A stretch of DNA of 64,000 nt from Mobula hypostoma (lineage: Eukaryota). The stretch is taken from positions 16,306,001 to 16,370,000 of the forward strand of contig NC_086108.1 in NCBI RefSeq assembly GCF_963921235.1, in the 5' to 3' direction. The position numbers were made by a program, and so were the translations under genes. Below, one piece after another: positions 22,792 through 35,836 of this stretch (the stretch's first letter is position 1; every line of letters begins with the position of its first letter). The notes under the pieces were generated by a model. That model was not told the DNA's origin. It did not search any database and saw only the letters and a program-made list of their open reading frames with translations.

Positions 22792-25700
22792 TTGGGTAGA
22801 TGGAGTTCATCAGCTTGGTAAGGCAGTCCATCTAAGAGAGGGAAACTCTGATTTCAAACCTTCTCTGCCTTGCGGCCATACCCACTCATGGGAAAGGCTT
22901 CGGGAGTAAACCCTGAGGACAAATCCGGAGCTGGAGTCCCTAAGGCAGTCCGACGTTGCCTCAACCTCGTTCTAGCAACTCCTGTGACAACACTGGTGCC
23001 AAGTTGTATCGGCCCTTGCCTTTCCCTTGGACAACATCAGTGTCATAGACAGGGGAGACTTGCAACATGGGCAACTGCCGGTCTTCCATACAACCTTGCC
23101 CAGGCCTGCACCCTGGAGAGGACACTCCAGCATTGCCTCACCGCGACAGCACAACACAGAAAGCAGCAGTCTACTGGTTATAAGTCTGCACTCAATTGGC
23201 ATAGAGCAAGGCACCAGGGGTTGCTTTCGACGGAGGGAGAGACCATCGCATCTCACTGGACAGCTACCGCCCACCTCAAGTTGGGCAGCCCCCAGCCAAT
23301 TAGGTGCTGTCCCGCCACAGTCCGCCCGCTCCACTGGGTGCGTAGGGCTTAGGGATACAAGTAGCCCGAACTGCGGACTGTAAACGCTGCACCAGGCACA
23401 TCAAGAAGACAAAGAAAGAAGCCAGCACTCAGACTAGGATGCCAGAATATACAGACCATGACAACTGGTATATCAGATGACCTTCAGGAGATCAGCGACA
23501 CACGCAAGACAGCAGTGATTAACAATGAACTGTCGAGACTCCAAGTGGACATCGCAACGCTCCAAGAGACACGTCTCACAGAATCGGGAACCCTATGTGA
23601 AAAAGACTATACCTTCTTCTGGCAGGGGAAGGGCTCAGACGAAACCAGAGAGCATGGTGTCGGCTTTGCCGTGAAGAACTCGTTGCTGAAGATGGTAGAG
23701 CCTAGCAAGAAAGGGACGGAGTGGATTTTCTCACTTCGACTCCACACATCTGACGGGCCTGTCAACCTTGTCAGCGTCTATGCCCCAACCCCCTACTCTA
23801 CACAAGACGCAAAGAGTGAGTTCTACGACCAGCTCTCAATGATGATACAGGAGATCCCAAGTCAGGAACAGTTGCTGCTACTTGGTGACCTCAACGCCAG
23901 AGTGAGCGCCGAGCACGACTCCTGGCCAAGCTGCCTGGGGCAGTATGGGATTGGCAGCATGAATGACAACGGGCAACGACTGCTCGAGCTTTGCATGCTC
24001 CACGAATTGTGTGTCACCAACACCTACTTCCAGACCAAAGCTCAGCACAAAGTGTTTTGGCAGCATCCCCGCTCCAAACACTGGCACCAGCTAGACCTGA
24101 TAATCACAAGACGCCATCACCTGAGAAACGTGTTCATGACTCGCTCCTTTCAGAGCGCCGACTGCGACACGGATCACTCTCTGGTTTGCTGCAAGATCAG
24201 ACTTCGGCCGAAGAAGATGCACTACGCCAAGCAGCGCATCGATGCCAGTAAGACACAACACCCAGATAAAGCTGCGGAGTTCAAGTCACTGGAGGATGCT
24301 CTCCTTGCAGACCCACCAGAGGTAAATGCTGAGCAGAGATGGGACTCTCTCAGGGACACTATCCACAGCACTGCACTCAAGGCCTCTGGGAAGAAACGGG
24401 GCAAAACACAGGACTGGTTTGAAGTGAGCTCAAGTAAGCTCACCGCTGTTTATCAAGGTAAAGCGTGTTGCACTACTACAGCACAAACACCACCCCACCC
24501 AGGCAACACTACAAGTGCTAAGCAAGGCCCAGGAAACAACCAGACGCTGTGCAAATCACTACTGGCTACAACTATACAAAAGCATTCAGTCATCATTTGA
24601 CACAGACAACATCCATGGAGTGTACGAGGGGATCAAGAAAGCCATCGGGCCAACCCAGAGCAAGACAGCACCATTGAAAACTATAACAGGTGAGACTATC
24701 AATGACAAAGGCAAGCAGATGGAGAGGTGGGTGGTGCATTACTCTGAACTCTTCTCCAGAGAAAACAGCATCTCGGACAGCGCGCTAGATACCGTGGAAT
24801 GCCTGCCTGTCATGGAGGAACTTGATGCATTGCCAACTGCCGAAGAGTTGAGTAAAGCCATCGACAGCCTGCCCTCTGGGAAGGCACCAGGATTGGATGG
24901 CATTCCACCAGAGGCCATCTAATGCGCAAAAGGTGTCCTGCTAAACCACCTGCACGAACTACTGTGCCAGTGCTGGTTAGCAGGAGCAGTGTCGCAAGAC
25001 ATGAGAGACTGCAACATTGTCACCTTACATAAGAACAAAGGGGACAGAAGCGACTGTAACAACTTCAAGGGAATCTCCTTGCTGAACATCGTTGGAAAGG
25101 TCTTTGCCCGCGTGGTCCTGAACAGACTGCAGAAAATAGCCGAAAGGGTATATCCTGAGTCTCAGTGCGGTTTCAGGTCAGAACACTCCACAATCAACAT
25201 GATCTTCTCCCTTCAACAGCTACAAGAGAAATGCAGAAAGCAAAGACAACCATTCTACATCGCTTTCATTGACCTTATGAAGGCCTTCGATCTTGTGAGC
25301 AGAGACAGCCAGTTCAAAATCCTCGCCAGGATTGGTTGTCCCCCGAGGCTCCTCAAGATAGTTCAGTCATTCCACACAGACATGAAGGGTGTCATTCAGT
25401 TCGACGACTCCTCTTCAGAGGTCTTCAACATCCACAGCAGTGTGAAGCAGGGCTGTGTGCTTGCCCCCACCCTGTTCGGTATCTTCTTCGCAGTCATGCT
25501 CAACATCAACTGATGGTGTCTACCTCCACACCAGATCGGACGGGAGGCTGTTCAGTCTGTCCCAGCTGAGGGCGAAAACCAAGGTTCGTGAAGTACTCAT
25601 CAGGGACATGTTGTTTGCAGACGACGTGGCACTGGCAACATACTCTGAAGAGCAACTGCAACGCCTCATGGGCAGCTTCTTAAGAGCCTGCCAGGACTTC

Positions 25701-26578
25701 AGCTTGACCATCAACCTGAAGAAGACCAATGTGTTGGGCCAAGGCGTTGAGCACCCCCTGCCATTACCATCAACAACTACGAGCTGGAGGTAGTTCACGA
25801 GTTTACATACCTTGGCTCCACCATCACGGACAGCCTCTCCCTAGACCCTGAGATAAACAGACCGATCGGACAAGCAGCCTCAACATTCGCCAGCCTGACA
25901 AAGGGAGTCTGGGAGAACAGAAAGGTGACGATGCACACCCAAGTTGCTGTCTGCAGGGCCTGCGTCCTCAGCACACTGCTTTACGGCAGCGAGACCTGGA
26001 GCCTCTACTACAGACAAGTGCGGCGACTTAATGCCTTGCACCTTCACAGCCTGAGACGCATCCTGGACATCAAGTGGACAGACCAAGTCACCAACAATGA
26101 GGTCCTGGCCCGCGCCCAGATACCCAGCCTCTTCATCCTGCTCCAACAACACCGTCTCCGCTGGGTGGGCCACGTACAGGGCATGTCAGATGGGAGGATC
26201 CCGAAAGACCTGCTGTACAGGGAACTGGCCTCCGTCAAGAGAGCACAAGGGCGGCTCCATCTTTGTTTCAAAGATGTCTGCAAGAGAGACATGAAGTCAT
26301 TGAACATGAACGTCGAGAGGTGGGAGGACATCGCAAGCGATTGCTCTCACTGAAGGCTGGAACTACGTAGCGGTCTAAAAAGTGGAGAAGAGAAGCTGAG
26401 ACTTGCTGCTGAAGAAAAGCACACTCATCGGAAAAACAGTACCAAGACAACACTGGAGGACAGCGCCTTCAAGTGCAGTCGCTGCAGCCACAACAGACAC
26501 TACTTTACCAACACGACTGAAGCAAGACTTTCCAGGCACAGATCCATGGTCTCGCGAAACTAACGGATGCCACCACCA
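22792..26578 (+). mobile_element. Full-length RTE-clade LINE (defective)
   Basis: 14-bp TSD agattataaatatt (22778-22791 / 26579-26592); single APE-RT frame about 23458-26353 broken by frameshifts and stops (LQETRL, LLGDLNA, QGCVLAPTLF, LFADD); short (CCA)n tail. Confidence 0.93.
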
Positions 26579-27166
26579 AGATTATAAATATTACTGACAC
26601 TTAACAGCCATCCAAAATGGCCTAGCAATTATAGATAGCTAATAAACATTGGCCTTACCAGCAACTACCGCATCCTGCAAATCAATACGTAAAAGCTGGA
26701 TCTTCAGATAATAGCCTAAAGCTAAGCTTACTAAGATAAGGATGTACTCCACTGCTGAAGTTACTCAAACAACATATTATTCTCTAATAAGCATGTTATA
26801 TGAAAGCTTTAAAAATAATTCCACCATTAAGTCGATCCCAAGCATTATAAGGTTGAATTCTAGTTACAATTCTTATTAGAGATATGAACTATACTCAGTC
26901 TCTACATAAATAGCTAACCAGTGAGACCAGTCTTATTCTGATGTCAGAAATAATTACTTGCTCACTGTTGCGTTCATCACATCTGTTATATTCATCAATT
27001 CTGAAAAGACAAATCCATAAGGTGAGTTATGAGTATGGGACCTACATATAGCATCAGTAGACATGTCTAAAATCTAGGCCATCAGCAACAAGCTCCCCAG
27101 ATTATTAACCTCATGAGACTGATCAATGACCTCTGATCAAGGTGAAGCAGCGTTCAGATGCCTTAC

Positions 27167-27333
27167 CCTTCAGATTCAATCTTTACATGCAGTTGCTTCA
27201 CAAGATCTGATTGCTGCAGCCTCTGTTGGTCCAACAGTGCCACAACTGGTGCAGTGATTGCTCCTCGCGATAGGTTGGTAGCCACAGTGGTTGGAGATCC
27301 TGTTGCAATCTGAACGTATGCCAAATCACTCAT
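27167..27333 (-). CDS. CEP350: CEP350 coding exon (absent from the ORF track)
   Basis: Poly-T tract then AATTTAG|ATG, donor GG|GTAAGG; 167 nt, phase 0 to 2; MSDLAYVQIATGSPTTVATNLSRGAITAPVVALLDQQRLQQSDLVKQLHVKIESEG, translated by hand. Confidence 0.9.
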
Positions 27334-28269
27334 CTAAATTAAAAAAAAACTTTTGTCAGTTTGGTGCAAATTAAATACAAATTGGTGATCAACTGTTGCT
27401 TTATGAAATCACAAAATTACAGAGCCTCTATGTACTTTTCTTCAAGAGGTATTCTATTAATACCACTTTCTTGCTCTTTTCCCATGGACCACACAAATAT
27501 TTTCCATTCATCTCCTTGCCTGGGGTTAACTACTATTACCCTTCCCAAAGCACACACTGAATCAAAACTGCAGCTAAAGAAATTTTTCAATAAACTTTTC
27601 ATCGCACCTTAAGCCCCTTTATTTAAAGATAAGCAGTAGGCCACTTGGGCTCCACTAATCAATAACAATGCTGATCTTCTTTCCTGCACAAACTTCGTTC
27701 CTTGATTTATTATCCTTTCCATCATCAACAACACCTATTTTGTGTTATTCGTGACCTTACTAATAATACCTCCTGTATTCATATAAATTGTTAATGTGTA
27801 TAACAAATGCAGATCCTGAGCATTGATTTATGATCATTTTGCACGATGCCCATCCAATTTGATTCCAAATCCTACTCTTGGCATCATCAGATTCTTTAGC
27901 ATTAGTGCTGCTATTTTGAGCATCTTTTCTAAAAATTAATGAAAAAGCAACTAGGTACTAGAAATCTGAAATAAAATACATAAATGCTGGAAACATTCAG
28001 CAGGTCATCTCTGGAAGAAAAATAGATAATGGTTTAGGTTGAAGAGTGTTAGAAATTTCCCTGCACAAGTTAATTAGAATAGGAATCAAGATAAATCAAT
28101 GGGAGAATAAGATGGCTAAGCCAGCAAAGATATGATGAACTGAAGTGGTTTAGGGTATGAGGAAATTTCAAATACATACTTGACGCCTGATACATTGTGA
28201 AAACTTTACTACATTCATCAATCCCAATTGTGCATGTAAAGGATGGCAACTCACGACAAAGTGTACTCA

Positions 28270-31200
28270 CAAATCTTTTTTAAAGAGTTTAAAAGGAGAG
28301 GGTTATTTCTTCAGCGGTTTGATCAGGGCACGACTGTGCAAGTGCGTGGACATCAACCGGGTAGAAAAGCGAAAAGAGTTTAAAAGGGGACAGCTTAATA
28401 GAGCGGGCGAGAGAGGAGAGGGAGATAGAGTAGGAGGGCTTTGGCTGAATGGGGTTTCAGCAATAACGGATCGAGGCGAGGTAGGTTATCTGTGTAGAAT
28501 ACAGACAGGAAGTATGTGTGTGAGGCCGGCGTTCTGTGCTTGGTGGCAGATGTGGGAAGTCCTGGAGATTCCCAGCCTCCCGGACTGCCACATCTGTGCC
28601 TGGTACGTCGAGCTGCAGTTCCTTAGGGACTGCGTTAGGGAACTGGAGATGCAGCTCGATGACCATCGTCTGGTCAGGGAGAGTGAGGAGGTGATAGAGA
28701 GGAGCTACAGGCAGGTAGCCACACTGGGGCCTCGGGAGACAGATAAGTGGGTAACCGTCAGGAGAGGGAAGGGCAGGAGTCAGAGGCCAGAGAGTACCCC
28801 AATGGCTGTCCCCCTTAACAATAAGTACTCCTGTTTGAGTACTGTTGGGGGGAACGGCCTACCTGGGGGAAGCAACAGTGGCTGTGCCTCTGGCACAGAG
28901 TCTGGCTCTGTGGCTCAGAAGGGTAGGGAAAGGAAGAGGTTGGCAGCAGTGATAGGGGACTCTTATAGTTAAGGGGTCAGGCAGGCGATTCTGTGGACAC
29001 AGGAAAGAAACATGGAGTTTGCCTTCCAGGTGCCAGGGTCTGGGATGTTACTGATCGTGTCCATGACATCTTGAAGTGGGAAGGAGAACAGCCAGAGGTT
29101 GTGGTACATATTGGTACCAACAATGTAGGTAAGAAAAAGAAGGAAATCCTGAAAACAGACTACAGGGAGTTAGGAAGGAAGTTGAGTAGCAGGACCTCAA
29201 AGGTAGTAATCTCAGGATTACTGCCTGTGCTACATGACAGTGAGTATAGGAATAGAATGAGGTGGAGGATAAATGCATGGCTGAGAGATTGGAGGGATTC
29301 AGATTTCTGGATCATTGGGACCTCTTTTGGGGCAGGCGTGGCCTGTACATAAAGGATGCGTTGCACTTGTATCCCAGGGGGACCAATATCCTGGCAGGGA
29401 GGTTTGCAAAGGGGAGAGTTTAAAATAGAATTGCCAGGGGGTGGGAACCCAATTGAAAAGATGGAGGAAGAGGCGGTTGGCTCACAAATAGAGAAAGCTT
29501 GGAGACAGTGCAAGAGAGAGGATAGCCAGGTGATCGAGAAGGGTTGCGCTCAGACCGATGGTTTGAGACGTGTCTATTTTAATGCAAGGAGTATAATGAA
29601 CAAAGCAGATGAGCTTAGAGCGTGGATCAGTACTTGGAGCTATGATGTTGTGGCCATTACAGAGACCTGGATGGCTCTGGGGCAGGAATGGTTACTTAGA
29701 GTGCCAGGCTTTACATGTTGCAGAAAGGACAGGAAGGGAGGCAAAAAGGCACTGTGGATTAGAGATGGTGTCATGGCTGCAGAAAAGGAGGAAGTCATGG
29801 AGGGATTGCCTATGGAGTCTCTGTGGGTGGAAGTTAGGAATAGGAAGGGATCAATAATTCTACTGGGTGTTTTTTTTTAATAGACCACCCAATAGTAACA
29901 GGAACATCTAGGAACAGATAGGGAGACAGATTCTGGAAAGCTGTAATAATAACAGGGTTGTTGTAGTGGGAGATTTTAATTTCTGTAATATCGATTGGCA
30001 TCTCCCTAGAGCAAGGGGTATAGATGGGGTAGAGTTGGTTAGATGTGTTCAGGAAGGTTTCTTGACACAGTATGTAGATAAGCTTACAAGAGGAGAGGCT
30101 ATACTTGATCTGGTTTTGGGAAATGAACCTGGTCAGGTGACTGATCTCTCAGTGCGATAGCATTTTGGAGAGAGTGATCACAATTCTATCTCCTTTACCA
30201 TAGCATTGGAGAGAGATATGAATAGACAAGTTAGGGAAGTGTTTAATTGGAGTAACGGGAAATATGAGGCTATCAGGCAAGAACTTGGAAGCATAAATTG
30301 GAAATAGATGTTCTCAGGGAAATGTATGGAAGAAATGTGGCAAACATTCGGGGATATTTGCATGGAGTTCTGCATAGCTACGTTCCAGTGAAACAGGGAA
30401 AGGATGGTAAGGTACAGGAACCGTGGTGTACAAAGGCTGCTGAAAATCTAGCCAAGAAGAAAAGAAGAGCTTACGAAAGGTTCAAAAAACTAGGTAATGA
30501 TAGAGATCTAGAAGATTATAAGGCTAGCAGGAAGGAGCTTAAGAATGAAATTAGGAGAGCCAGAAGGGGCCATGAGAAGGCCCTGGTGGACAGGATTAAG
30601 GAAAACCCCAAGGCATTCTACAAGTGTGTGAAGAGCAAGAGGATAAGTCGTGAGAGAACAGGACCAATCAAGTATGTATGGAACCGGAAGAGATAGCAGA
30701 GGTACATACTGAACACTTTGCTTCAGTATTCACCATAGAAGAGGATCTTGGTGATTGTAGCGATGACTTACAGCGGACAGAGAAGCTTCAGCATATAGAT
30801 ATTAAGCAGGAGGATGTGCTGGAGCTTTTGGAAAGCATTAAGTTGGATAAGTCATCAGGACTGGATGAGATGCACCCCAGGCTACTGTGGGAGGCAGGGG
30901 AGGAGATTGCTGAGCCTCTGGCGATGATTTTTACATCATCAATGGTCCCCATCCGGGAGAGGAGATTCCGGAGGATTGAAGGGTTGCGGATGTTGTTCCT
31001 TGATTCAAGAAAGGGAATATAGATAGCCCAGGAAATTATAGACCACCCAGTCTTACTTGAGCGGTTGGTAAGTTGACGGAGAAGATCCTGAGAGGCAGGA
31101 TTTATGAACATTTGGAGAGGCATAATATGAATAGTCAGCATGGCTTTGTTAAGGGCGGGTCGTACCTTACAGGTCAGATTGAATTTTTTGAGGATGTGAC

Positions 31201-32400
31201 AAAATACATTGATGAAGGTAGAGCCGTAGATGTAGTGTATATGGATTTCAGCAAGGTATTTGATAATGTACCCTGTGCAAGGCTTATTGAGAAAGTAATG
31301 AGGCATGGGATCTAAGGAGACATTACTTTGTGGATCCAGAACTGACTTGCCCACAGAAGGCAAAGAGTGGTTGTAGACGGGTCATATTCTGCGTGGAGGT
31401 CAGTGACCAGTGGTGTGCCTCAGGGATCTGTTCTGGGACCCCCTACTCTTCGTGATTTTTTAAAATGACCTGGATGAGGAAGTGGAGGGATGGGTTCGTA
31501 AATTTGTTGATGACACAAAGGTTGGCGGTGTTGTGGATAGTGTGGAAGGCTGTCACAGGTTACAGCGGGACACTGATAGGATGCAAAACTGGGCTGAGAA
31601 GTGGCAGATGGAGGTCAACCCAGATAAATGTGAGGTGGCTCATTTTGGTAGGTCAAATATGATGACAGAATATAGTATTAATGGTCAGACTCTTGGCAGT
31701 GTAAAGGATCAGAGGGATCTTGGGGTGAGAGTCCATAGGACACTCAAAGCTGCTGCACAGGTTGACTCTGTAGTTAAGGTGGCATGCGATGCACTGGCCT
31801 TTATCAACCGTGGGATTGAGTTTAGGAGCCGAGAGGTAATATTGCAGCTATATAGGATCCTGATCAGACCCTACTTGGAGTACTGTGCTCAGTTCTGGTC
31901 GCCTCACTACAGGAAGAATGTGGAAACCATAGAAAGGGGAAGAGGAGATTTATAAGGATGTTGACTGGATTGGGGAGCATGCCTTATGAGAATAGGTTGA
32001 GTGAACTTGGCCTTTTCTCCTTGGAGCGTTGGAGGATGAGAGGTGACCTGATAGAGGTGCATAAGATGATAAGAGGCATTGATCGTGTGGATAATCAGAG
32101 GCTTTTCCCCAGGGCTGAGATGGCTAGCACGAGAGGGCACAGTTTTAAGGTGCTTGGAAGTAGATACAGAGGAGATATCAGGAGTATGTTCTTTTTTTGC
32201 AGAGAGTGGTAAGTGCATGGAATAGGCTGCCGGCAACAGTGCTGGAGGCGGATATAATAGGGTCTTGCAACAGATTCCCGGATAGGTACATAGAGCTTAG
32301 GAAAATAGAGGGCTATGGGTAACCCAAGGTAATTTCTAAGGTAAGGACATGTTCGGCACAGCTTTGTGGGCCGAGGGGCCTGTATTGTGCTGTAGGTTGT
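28270..32400 (+). mobile_element. Near full-length decayed CR1-type LINE
   Basis: ORF1 with Cys-rich N-terminal region and SGNH esterase motifs (VIGDS, VVVHIGTN); ORF2 endonuclease (FNARS, AITETW, GDFN) and RT (FVDDTK); many disablements. Confidence 0.9.
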
Positions 32401-32691
32401 GCTGTGTTGTAATAAAGTGACCACTGTTTTAAATGTCAAGGCCCTAATTTCTGACATTATCTCCTTAAACGTCTCCCACCTATCTCAGCCTCACCAAGGC
32501 TTATGCCACCTACCCTAATGTGTCATATTCAGCATAGCAACAGCTTCATCTGTTTATTTAAATGCACAATACATTATGGCTCAACCAAAGCTCAAATCCC
32601 ATAAAAAGTTAGCCCTTCAAAGTATAGGAAATATCAGATGCATCATGGAAAGTGTGCTTTATTGAAACAGCTACAACAAAGTTCAGTGTAC

Positions 32692-32823
32692 CTCTTTGAT
32701 CTGGCGTGCGGCATCTGCAGTCAGTTTAGCAGTCTCCACTTGTTGAACCATCAATTTATTTGTGGACTCTTGTAGCATCTCTTGGTGTGTCTGTGCAAAC
32801 TGTAGCAGGCTCTCTGCATGTGT
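32692..32823 (-). CDS. CEP350: CEP350 coding exon
   Basis: Acceptor GCACTCAG, donor GAG|GTACAC; 132 nt, phase 0 to 0; THAESLLQ...ETAKLTADAARQIKE. Confidence 0.93.
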
Positions 32824-33461
32824 CTGAGTGCACAATAAATAAAATGTCAATATGTTAAAATCTCTCCAGTAATATGCAATTGATATCTCAAGTAGTGCAG
32901 CAGAAAACACATTTACTATATCGTGCCATTTTAAAATATATTGAGTATTGACCTCATATCTAATACAAAGTTTTGACCTTCTCTTTCTTCATTATTAATG
33001 TTTCAATATTAATGTTATTTTCTTATTTTTACAAAATACAAGCACTCCCTCTCTTCCAGCTAATATGTATATCCACAGCAATCTACTGGACTATGATTTT
33101 AAGTGATCACACATAAAATTAGCAACAATTTGTAAGTTCATGGTAGAGATATATATATATATCTCTCTCGCTCTCTAGAAGAGGTGGCTGTCAATTCAGG
33201 CAAGAGTGGGTAGATGTAGCGCCCAGCAATATGGCAAAGGCGTAGCTTTGCTGCTAAGAAGGCAGATTATTCAGCCCAGCAACTTTTCATACAATAATTT
33301 TAAAAAAGCATTAAAATTCTGAAATCACACCATATTAAGAAATAAAATTGCTCCTGCGATTGCCATTTAACCAAAATTGATGCTCCTTCTCCAAATACAC
33401 TCAGCATTTTAAAACTTCCTCAGGTCACATAAGATAACACAAACCACCCCATCCCAATATA

Positions 33462-35080
33462 CAGTGGCATGCAAAAGTTTGGGCAACCCTTGTCAAAGTT
33501 TCTGTTACTGTGAATAGTTAAGTGAGTAGAAGATGAACTGATCTCCAAAAGTCATAAAGTTAAAGATGAAACATTCTTTTCAACATTTCAAGCATGATTA
33601 TTGTATTATTTTTGTTTCGTACAATTTTACAGTGAAAAAAAGCAAAGGAACACCATGAAAAAGTTTGGGCACCCTCAAGAGATTTGAGCTCTCAGATAAC
33701 TTTTACCAAGGTCTCAGACCTTAATTAGCATGTTCGGGCTATGGCTTGTTCACAGTCATCGTTAGGAAAGGCCAGGTGATGCAAATTTCAAAGCTTTATA
33801 AATACCCTGACTTCTCAAACCTTGTCCCAACAATTAGCAGCCATGGGCTCCTCTAAGCAGCTGCCTAGCTCTCTGAAAATTAAAATAAATGATACCCACA
33901 AAGCAGAAGGCTATAAGAAGATAGCAAAGCATTTTCAGGTAGCCATTGCCTCAGTCTGTAATGTAATTAAGAAATGGCAGTTAACAGGAACAGTGGAGGT
34001 CAAGTTGAGGTCTGGAAGACCAAGAAAACTTTCCGAGAGAACTGCTCATAGGGTTGCTAGAAAGGCAAATCAAAACCCCCGTTTGACTGCAAAAGACCTT
34101 CAGGAAGATTTAGCAGACTCTGGAGTGCTGGTGCACTGTGCTACTGTGCAGTGACACCTGCACAAATATGACCTTCATGGAAGAGTCATCAGAAGAAGAC
34201 ATTTCCTGCATCCTCACCACAAAATTCAGTGTCAGAAGCTTGCAAAGGAACATCTAAACAAGCCTGATGCCTTTTGGAAACAAGTCTGATGAAGTTAAAA
34301 TGGAACTTGTTGGCCGCAATGAGCACAGGTATGTTTGGAGAAAAAAGGGTGCAGAATTTCATGAAAAGAACACCTCTTCAACTGTTAAGCACAGGGGTGG
34401 ATTGATCATGCTTTGGGCTTGTGTTAAAGCCAGCAGCATGGGGAACATTTCACCGGTAGAGGGAAGAATGAATTCAATTAAATACCACCAAATTCTGGAA
34501 GCAAACATCACAATCTCTGTCAAAAAAAAAAGCTGAAGGTGAAAAGAGGATGGCTTCTACAATAGGATAATGATCCTAAACACACCTCAAAATCCACAAT
34601 GGACTACCTCAAGAGGCACAAGCTGAAGGTTTTGCCATGGCCCTCACAGTCCCCTGACCTAAACATCATCGAAAATCTGTGGATAGACCTCAAAAGAGCA
34701 GTGCACGCAAGACGGCCCAAGAATCGCACAGAACTAGAAGCCTTTTGCAAGGAAGAATGGGCGAAAATCCCCCAAACAAGAATTGAAAGACTCTTAGCTG
34801 GCTGCAGAAACCATTTACAAGCTGTGATACTTGCCAAAGGGGGTGTTACTAAGTACTGACCATGCAAGGTGCCCAAATTTTGGCTTCAGGCCCTTTTCCT
34901 TTTTTCTTATTTTGAAACTGTAAAAGATGGAAATTAAAAAAGCAATCTTGCTTAAAATATTAAAGAAATGTGTTATTTTTAACTTCATGCCTTTTGGAAA
35001 TCAGGTCATCTTTTACTCACTTAGCTATTCACAGTAACAGAAATTTTGACCAGGGGTGCCCAAACTTTTACCTACCACTG
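33462..35080 (+). mobile_element. Tc1/mariner DNA transposon, defective
   Basis: TA flanks (33460-33461 / 35081-35082); termini CAGTGG...CCACTG with long imperfect TIRs; transposase remnants about 33843-34859 (RSGRPRK, DNDPKH, WPSQSPDLNIIE). Confidence 0.93.
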
Positions 35081-35800
35081 TAAAAGCCAAAGAGAGGGTA
35101 TATAATAAATAGTGGGAAGTTGGAGGATTGGGAAGCTTTTAAAAACCAACAGAAGACAACTAAAAATGTCAAAAAAGGAAAATATGGTATACGAATGTAA
35201 GCCAACTAATAACATAAAAGTGGATATTAAAAGTTTCCTTGGACTTTTAAAATGTAAAGTAGAGGTGAGAGTAAATCTCAAGACTGCTGGAAAATGATGC
35301 TGGAGAGGTAATAATGAGAGGAGGGGGCAGAACAAATAAACAGCCAACAAACTGAATAATTATTTTGCATCAGTCTTCACTGTGGAAGACACTAACAATA
35401 TGCCGGAAGTGTCAGGGGACAGAAGTGAGTGAAGTTGTCATTACTAGGGAGAAGGTGCTTGGGAAAATGAAATAGATAGGTAAGTTATTTGGACCAGATG
35501 GTCTACACCCCAGGGTTCTCAAAGAGGTGGCTGAAGAGATTGTGGAGGTATTAATAATGACCTTTCAAGAATCAATGGATTCTGATAGGGTTCCAGAGGA
35601 CTGGAAAAAATTGCAAATGTCACTCCACTCTTCAAGAAGGGAGAAAGCAGAAGAAAGAAAATGAGAAGCCAGTTAGGAAGATGTTGGAGTTGATTGTTAA
35701 GAAAACAACAGGAATTCTGCAGATGCTGGAAATTCAAGCAACACACATCAAAGTTGCTGGTGAATGCAGCAGGCCAGGCAGCATCTGTAGGAAGAGGTGC

Positions 35801-35836
35801 AGTCGACGTTTCAGGCCGAGACCCTTCGTCAGGACT
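35801..35836 (-). ncRNA. Minimal hammerhead ribozyme motif
   Basis: Reverse complement of AGTCCTGACGAAGGGTCTCGGCCTGAAACGTCGACT, intact. Confidence 0.85.

Noticed and set aside
22792..22900. HDV-like ribozyme call at the RTE 5' end
   Set aside because: No P3/L3 with the pyrimidines needed for P1.1 and no recognisable J4/2 catalytic C; kept only as an unassigned structured motif.
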